Source of the DNA: Mytilus trossulus
Lineage: Eukaryota
Length of the DNA: 64,000 bases
Assembly (NCBI RefSeq): GCF_036588685.1
Contig: NC_086374.1
Location: 71,300,001-71,364,000, forward strand
Direction: 5' to 3'
The notes beneath the pieces are model-generated. The model ran no database searches. It had not been told where the DNA came from and saw only the letters and a list, made by a program, of their open reading frames with translations. A program made the translations under genes and the position numbers. Shown here in pieces: positions 56,841 to 64,000 of the stretch (position 1 is its first letter; each line of letters begins with the position of its first letter).

Positions 56841-59800
56841 ATATATGGGAATAAGACTTGCAAAGGCCAATAAATTAGCATACCAAATATAATTCACTTA
56901 ACATAAGCAGTTCATCTTAAACTGATTTTATCACATACTAATACATAGAAACTCAGCAAAATGTTTCAAAGTCAATAGCCATTGACTGAGAGGGTGTGGC
57001 CAAATTATCTCCATGGAAATGAGATATGCTAATGGTTATACAACTGCATACCAATTAACATTGCCCTTACACTTATGGTTCTCCTTGAACTGACATAATG
57101 ACAAACTTAAAACATATAAACTTAGCAAAATTTTCAATTCAATAGACCATGACTAAGGGGATGGAGTCAAATAATCTCCATGGAAATAAGATATTCCAAT
57201 GCTAAATTTCTTTATACACTAAATATAGATATGCAATCTGTTTCTCTAATGAATCTACTATTGAAATCAAATAAGCAACATCATTTATTTTTAAAAAACC
57301 TCCTGATTCTTGTAAATACTTCTAAACAACTAGAAAAAAGTTCTCATATTTTCATCAGCTACATAAACTGTAATTTTTTCCTTCATACGGAACACCTCAA
57401 CATGACTTTTATCAAGTTATGAAATTAAATATTAGAATTTAATATAATTCTGATTAACTGATCATGATATGTTTTTGTTGTAGCTATAGTTGTTTATTGT
57501 CTTGTCGGATTGCTCTGTAGAGTAAAAGATTCTACTGTTTCAACCATCATCCCAGTTTTATTTCTAAAAAAAATTAAAAATAAAATGAATAACTAAAGAA
57601 CTTTATCCATATCCATTTATTATGATCATACACATGGATTTAATGTTATTACAAGAATATCAATCTTATTAATATTTTAAACAATATGAAAAACTGTGTC
57701 CTAGCTTGCCCAACATGGAGAAGTATAGCAGGATCAAGTTTGTCTGTTTAAATCCCTTTCATTTTAAAGTCCTCCTCTGCTCTTAAATCATAGAAAGAAA
57801 CTGAAATTATCAAGGATATCGCCAACCAATTAGTCAGAAATTCTGTGTTGAAATGAATCTACACAGATTTTGTCATAATTTAAAATTTAATGTAATACAA
57901 AAGTTTTTTTCTAAACGCTAAGGATTTTCTATCCCAGGAATAGGTTAGTTTAGCTGTATTTGACAAAAATCTTTATTGGTTGCTCTACAACTTAATATTC
58001 AATTTTGCAATTTTAACTTTTCAGAATCACCAATGAGACGAAATGCATGGCTGTCGTAAAAACTTTTATTCAAAATGGCATTAGAATGGCACCTGTAAAT
58101 GCACATGCAATGAAATAAAAGACTTTACATAGACATAGACATTAAGATAAGCATCTACATCTAAAGCCTGTTCAGGATGAAAATATTGGTTGGTCACAGT
58201 GACCTACAATCATTTTATTGCAAGCCCCCCCACTACAATGATGTAAATGTCAATCAACATGATCTACACAGAGCATATGTTCATGGACAGCTGGGGTAAA
58301 GCAAAATGGTAAACTGGACAACTTCTTTAACAATAACATTAATGGCTACTCAGAATCCAGTGGCAAATATTAAATGCATATTCAGATATCGACAATTAAA
58401 TGAAAATGAACAAATTAATAATTAATTTTGAAATACATTACATACAAACCTTCATTTGAATCATATATTAGGTTTAAACTACTGTAGCTGGTCAATGTTG
58501 TAACAATCAACATGCTGGAGATCCAAAACTGTGAAATCTTGAAAGAATACATCCAAAGTATGGCGATACTTTTCTCTGCGCCTTAACCGCACAAGAAACT
58601 TTTTTCCTGAAACAAAACAATCATTTCTGCATTTTTCAAATAGAATGTGCCATTAAAATTTTTTTTCCTTCCTAAGAGCTTGCAGTAAACTATGAACACT
58701 TGAGGAAGTTTTCATTATCGAAGTGAACTTGTTAGGTTCTGTGTCATTGTGGTCTCTTGTGGTAAGTTGTCTCATTGGCAATTATACCACATCTTCATGA
58801 GTGCAACAAAAAGCAATAAGTATTTTAAAATTACTCTTTCTTTCTACCACAATTGGAAAATTAATGCTGATATTTAAGTAAGAAAGTGCTAGGATAATAA
58901 TAAGGTCACATATTGGTTCAGTCAAACCATGGCACAATTTATCATGTGATTAAAAAATGATTGTAAAAATGAAGGAACTATAAAAAAAATCTTATAATTA
59001 ACTTAGGTGCTCTGAAAGGGGAAGAAATTACCGATCCACTATTTGCACTTGCCTTGTTGGCATGAAAAATAAAAATCTGGTTATATATTAAACTTGGATC
59101 ATGTCTTTCTATGTAAGATTTTTTTTCTGTAGGTATTTTCACTTACCTTTCAATGTCTGTATTTTCTTTATAATCAAGACTAGCATGATACTGCTGTACA
59201 AGGTCTTTTCTGAAATGTCCTCTACTCTACAATTCTACTGGTATACTGCAAGTTCCATACAGTCTGTAATGAAACATTTAACATACTATAAATGTTTTAA
59301 ATATAGCTTGTTATAGGTCGGACTCAGAAAATACATTTTTATTCTTTTTTTTATATTTCAAATTATAAATAGAGATTTTTTAAAGGGGAAAGTGTCATGA
59401 GTATTGTAACACATATAAAACTATAAAAAAAATGTATATTTAAGGCAGTATGTCCATGGCTTTTAATTCCCCCCTCTCCAAAACTGCTCAGTTCTTAGTG
59501 TGATTTTGTACTGGTGTGCAAATGGAACAATGATGTATTAAAACATTTGTTTTATCATTCATATCCTTGTAATGAGTATCTATGTATTTGAGATTATAAG
59601 ATTTCTGAAGTAGCTACTAAAATAAATAACAATATGTATTGATGGATAAACAATGTTTCAATCTGACAAAAGGTAGATTTTTATGATAAGGTTTTAGTAA
59701 TGGGTATATTGACAGACTTATAAAAACACTTTTCTTAGAAATTAAGGACCAATAAAAAAGCAAACTTATGTCCTTATAAGTTATGTTGCACAGTCTCAGC

Positions 59801-61984
59801 CTAGTCCTATATGACATTTTGGTCAATCAGAACATTAAAACCACCTTCCCACAATGCAACACAACTTCTAAATCAGTAAGTTTCAACATTTCAGAAGTAG
59901 TAATACTTCATAAATCTAACACATGCTGACATTTGTAAGATATATGTTCTATAATATAAAAATAACATTTACTAAATTATAGTAAACACATACCAACCAG
60001 GTTCTTTTTCTTGTAAACTGTTTTCTTTTTTACTCTAGAAATGGTATTTCATACATTAAATGATCATAAAAATGATACTTCCAGGATTTTCCAAATATCT
60101 TTGAAATCTCATCAAAACAAAACTGTTCTTTGAAACTGTTCTCTTTAACTGCCTACAATTTACATCTTTTCTGATGACTGGTTCAGTTGTCCTTTTTCTG
60201 TTCTGTTAGCTATTCAGATGACAAGGGAGAAAACTTTACCAAAATAATTGGTTACAGCTTTTACACTCTGGATGTTTTTTCTTTGTTCAATATCTTGTCA
60301 ATCTGTTTTTCTGCTTTCTTTCAGGTCTTGATGAGGTCATAATATCAATGAATTTCTTTCTTAAATCTTATTAATAAACAAATTATCCTTCCCCAGCAAC
60401 CATTAGCTGGATGAGGCAAATGAGAACTAAACAAGCTAAAGCTTTCAATACCAAATTTTATTCTGCTATTTGGCCATTTTTTCACACATGCTAAAATTTG
60501 TCTATATTGAGTTGCAGTTCAATAACAAAAAACTCACTGAATGTCCAAACATATTATTTGATGACAATGCTATCAAAAAAGTATTACAGATGATGGAGCA
60601 TATAAAATCATTTGGAAAATAGAAGACATAGAAATTTCAACAAGAACAAGAACCAAGAGTATCAATATTTTTTATTAATGTTTTTTTCTATGAACTTTGT
60701 GATTGGTATTCTTTTTGGTATCTCTAAGGCTAGCAATCAAGGTATCTTAATTACATGGTTCAGAACACATTCAAAACACCACTGGATTTTGCTTCTGAAA
60801 ATCCTGACAAATAAGAGATTATGCAAGATAGTTAATAAAATACCTATCTTATTGTCTTGTTGCAATAAATATATGATAGAATTGAGAATTGAAATGGAGA
60901 TTGTGTCAAAGAGACAATAACCTGAACCACCAAAGAGCAGAAAAGAGTCCCAAGTTTGCTTCATGAGTAATCTCAGTAGAGTTATAATCTGTCTCCAGAA
61001 ACTATAATCATTACAGCTAAGAAACAATGAATAATGAAATAACAGGCTTTGATTTTCGAATAAAAACACATGCGACACAGCCAAAAGGCCATTGCTTTTT
61101 GAAAGCATAATTATATTGTTTATAAGAAATTGTCTAGATCTTTTTGCCATACCTTTTGATGAAAGCATTCACTATAATAGAGCTGAGTATGGCTTCATTT
61201 ACTGTCCTCTCTGTCACAAGAACAATCTTTCAATCTGGCAAAATTGATCATCAAAAGTCAACAAGATTTTATACATCATTTAAGAAATATTAAACAAATT
61301 TGAAGATATTTGTTCACAAACACACTGAACAGTGTCAGTTAAATTAAGGATGAAATACCATAACACCAGCAGAAGAATCCTTCTTTGATCTTGATATAAT
61401 CAAACACCTGATTGTGTATTCAGAAATATTGGTAGTTTACACAATCCTTAAAAACTTCATTTACAAGATGAGCATGATCCTTAGTATTCCCAAAACTAAA
61501 CTGAAATTATTTCCAAAATTATAAATGGCTGATGATACAGGTTTCAACTAACTCAGACAAATTTGACCCTAGTATTTTGCTTTTATTTTTATGTCCCTTT
61601 TGGTAATACGGCTCTTCAACTGATTTGTTGGTTCTTATTCATCCTTGGCTTTCAAATATTCAGCTTTTAGCGTTCCTGATGACCATAAATCTAGAATAGC
61701 ATTTAGCCTTTGGAGGCATGAAATTGATAAAGTGTTGCTTTGATATTTTTTTTTATCTAGTTATACTAAGTTATACTAATACTTATTTTCTATGCAAACA
61801 AATATGCAATTTGACTATCACAAGAAATGACCAATAGATTGATTGAAGACTGCATAGCATCCAGCATTGAGCAGTAAATATTACATGCCTATTCAGGAAA
61901 ACAATTTAGTAGAGAGACAATTTAACCCTTCTTTTTACTAGACCTACACATTCAGTCTCAGATTAAACTCCTAGTTACAATGTA

Positions 61985-62201
61985 CCGTATAGCGGGTTAT
62001 TTTCGCGGGTGTAAAATTTCGCGATTTTCATTGAACAAGGTATACGAAATATTTTGGCGGTTATTATTTTGGCGGATTAAAAACTTGTATTCATACCTTT
62101 GTATGCACACCTTTAATTTGGCGGAACTTATTTTGGCGATTTTGTTGTATCCGCGAAAATAAGCGAAAATTTGCACCCCGCGAAAATAACCCGCTATACG
62201 G
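61985..62201. mobile_element. Tc1/mariner-pogo-type MITE
   Basis: TA|CCGTATAGCGGGTTATTTTCGCGGG ... CCCGCGAAAATAACCCGCTATACGG|TA: perfect TIRs with TA TSD. Confidence 0.92.
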
Positions 62202-64000
62202 TATATACTAGGTCAATAGGTGTCAGCCCTGGTCATTTAGAAGCAACTATCAATTCTAAAGTATATGATTTGATCCATATTGGGATAAACATGCTACCAT
62301 GAGATCAAAGAGAGTTTTCTAGAGAATGAAATATACATTATTAAACATTTAAAGTGTTATAAAATAAACTGATATATTTTGTGAATGGAACTGTTGCATC
62401 ATTACAGTGTAAAAGCCATTTTCTTTACAAAGTCTGATATTTTCTGCTTACAAGCAGCAATTAATTATGATCAATAACAAATCATAATATATCAAAAACA
62501 TTGATATGAGACTAAATCGTTGTATTCACACACACACACACAGGAGGTTTAATATGGTACTTTTACATCTTTCAAAGATGGTTGAGTGCTGGAAAACTTC
62601 CATTGAAATTCCAATCTCCATCTTGTTCTGCCATCAGTCATGTCAGTTGAAATTACATCACAAAAGTCTAACAACTACCGAAGAAATATTTTCCTGCATT
62701 TTTTAGAGAACATACCATTATGTTGTTGTCTGTTGTAAATCTTATATTATTCAACAAATCTGTATTCACAGATTGGAAATATGTATCTATTTAAATGTTA
62801 ATGATCATAGAATAAAATTGTTTTCACACATTATCAGATTAAAGGTATATTCCTCAATCTTTTGATGCAACATATATTTTGCTATACATTAAAAGTTAGA
62901 TGTAATTATTTTTTTCTTTATTCAGTCACTAAAATGCATAACTCTAGGAAAGAAATCCAGTCAATTATGAAAAATAAGAAATCTGGTGTCATCACCCCTC
63001 ACTACTTCTTTCTTAATAGATAATAGAAAAGTATTAAATAGTATTTTCTAGAGAACTAACTGAAATTTTTAATGTTAAAAAAAGATTTCAGGTACCATAT
63101 ACACATGATACACAAATGACACAGACCAACAATATGTCTGTTACGATCTGAATTTCATGGAGAAGAAAAAATATAAGTGACCCAACACCTTGTGTGGTGA
63201 TTGTGTGGTAGGGTAAAAACGAGTTGATACCGCTAGGTATTCACAGTCATCTTGAAAAAAATTAATATGTCGACAATAAAGACAACAACACTCATGTTTT
63301 TTACCGCATAGTGTCTGTTTATTGGGTCTACATGTTACGCCTAGTAGATAGGCATCATCAGGACAATTTTACAAAGAAATATGACAGTGAAGTATGAATT
63401 TTGCCGTTTAGCCGTTTAACCGGAAGTGTAAGTTTCATAATAGTAGTTATGGCGACTGAATTTCATGGTTTGAAAGAGTTCTCTGCCAGAATTCTCTACA
63501 GAACTTATCACAACACATCAAAGTTGAAAGAAAAAAACTAGAAAGTAAAACCACTTCGCATCATAAAGGTCAAGCATCACAAACAGATACTGTTACTTCT
63601 TGCATTTTCAGATTTGAAATCTGAAAGTAATTAGAAATTTTTTTGGCTGAAAAAATACAACAATGAGGAATTATTTGACGATGCTTAAATCCAGTTTTCC
63701 TAATATTTTATTCTTTTAATGAGAAAACTAAGCCCATGAGTATTAAGATCTTCTCTTAAATTACATAGCGCAGTCTCAGCCTTCTCATATTTTCTTAAAT
63801 AGTGTCTACACCAATCAAAATGGGACTTTCTCACACTTGAAAATAATTTCTGACGTGGCACTTAATACTGACAGATCATCTCTTCTTCCTTGAATTTTCT
63901 GAATATTCACAGTCTGGTTTAATCTTCACAGCTTAAAATATGTACATAACTCATTGTCTCATTTAATCCTTTAAGGATAACCTCCAATTCTTTAATATCC

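Noticed and set aside
60612-61168. Overlapping 102-aa and 143-aa ORFs
   Set aside because: Low-complexity AT-rich translations that span a Naiad 3' relic, with no domain evidence.

Overview
AT-rich animal genomic DNA, most likely a bivalve mollusc (the repeat families and B-box/beta-propeller genes look Mytilus-like; this is inference). Host genes: one GT11 alpha-1,2-fucosyltransferase (5200-6159) and two paralogous single-coding-exon B-box/coiled-coil/beta-propeller (RING-less TRIM-like) genes (31825-33519, 52617-54314). The rest is dominated by mobile DNA. The main result is a very young head-to-tail pair of Naiad-type Penelope-like retroelements (33608-46415). The ORF track fragments their coding region, but it is one 1002-codon GIY-YIG-CxC-RT frame (42764-45772) with four in-frame TGA codons, all at positions normally occupied by cysteine. 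A canonical type-II SECIS hairpin lies about 50-120 nt after the real TAA stop, so this appears to be a selenoprotein-encoding retrotransposon. The upstream copy is interrupted by an intact PAT-like tyrosine-recombinase retrotransposon (34414-39337), and the second copy preserves the empty site. Also present: a five-layer nest (PLE < solo LTR < CAC-ended TIR element < CR1-like LINE < Kolobok-type MITE), a decayed Ngaro-like element hit by a Mutator-like insertion with adjacent templated filler DNA, Helentron-associated repeats, minimal hammerhead ribozymes, and a 440-bp tRNA-containing unit that targets (TA)n. All coordinates and folds were read by eye.
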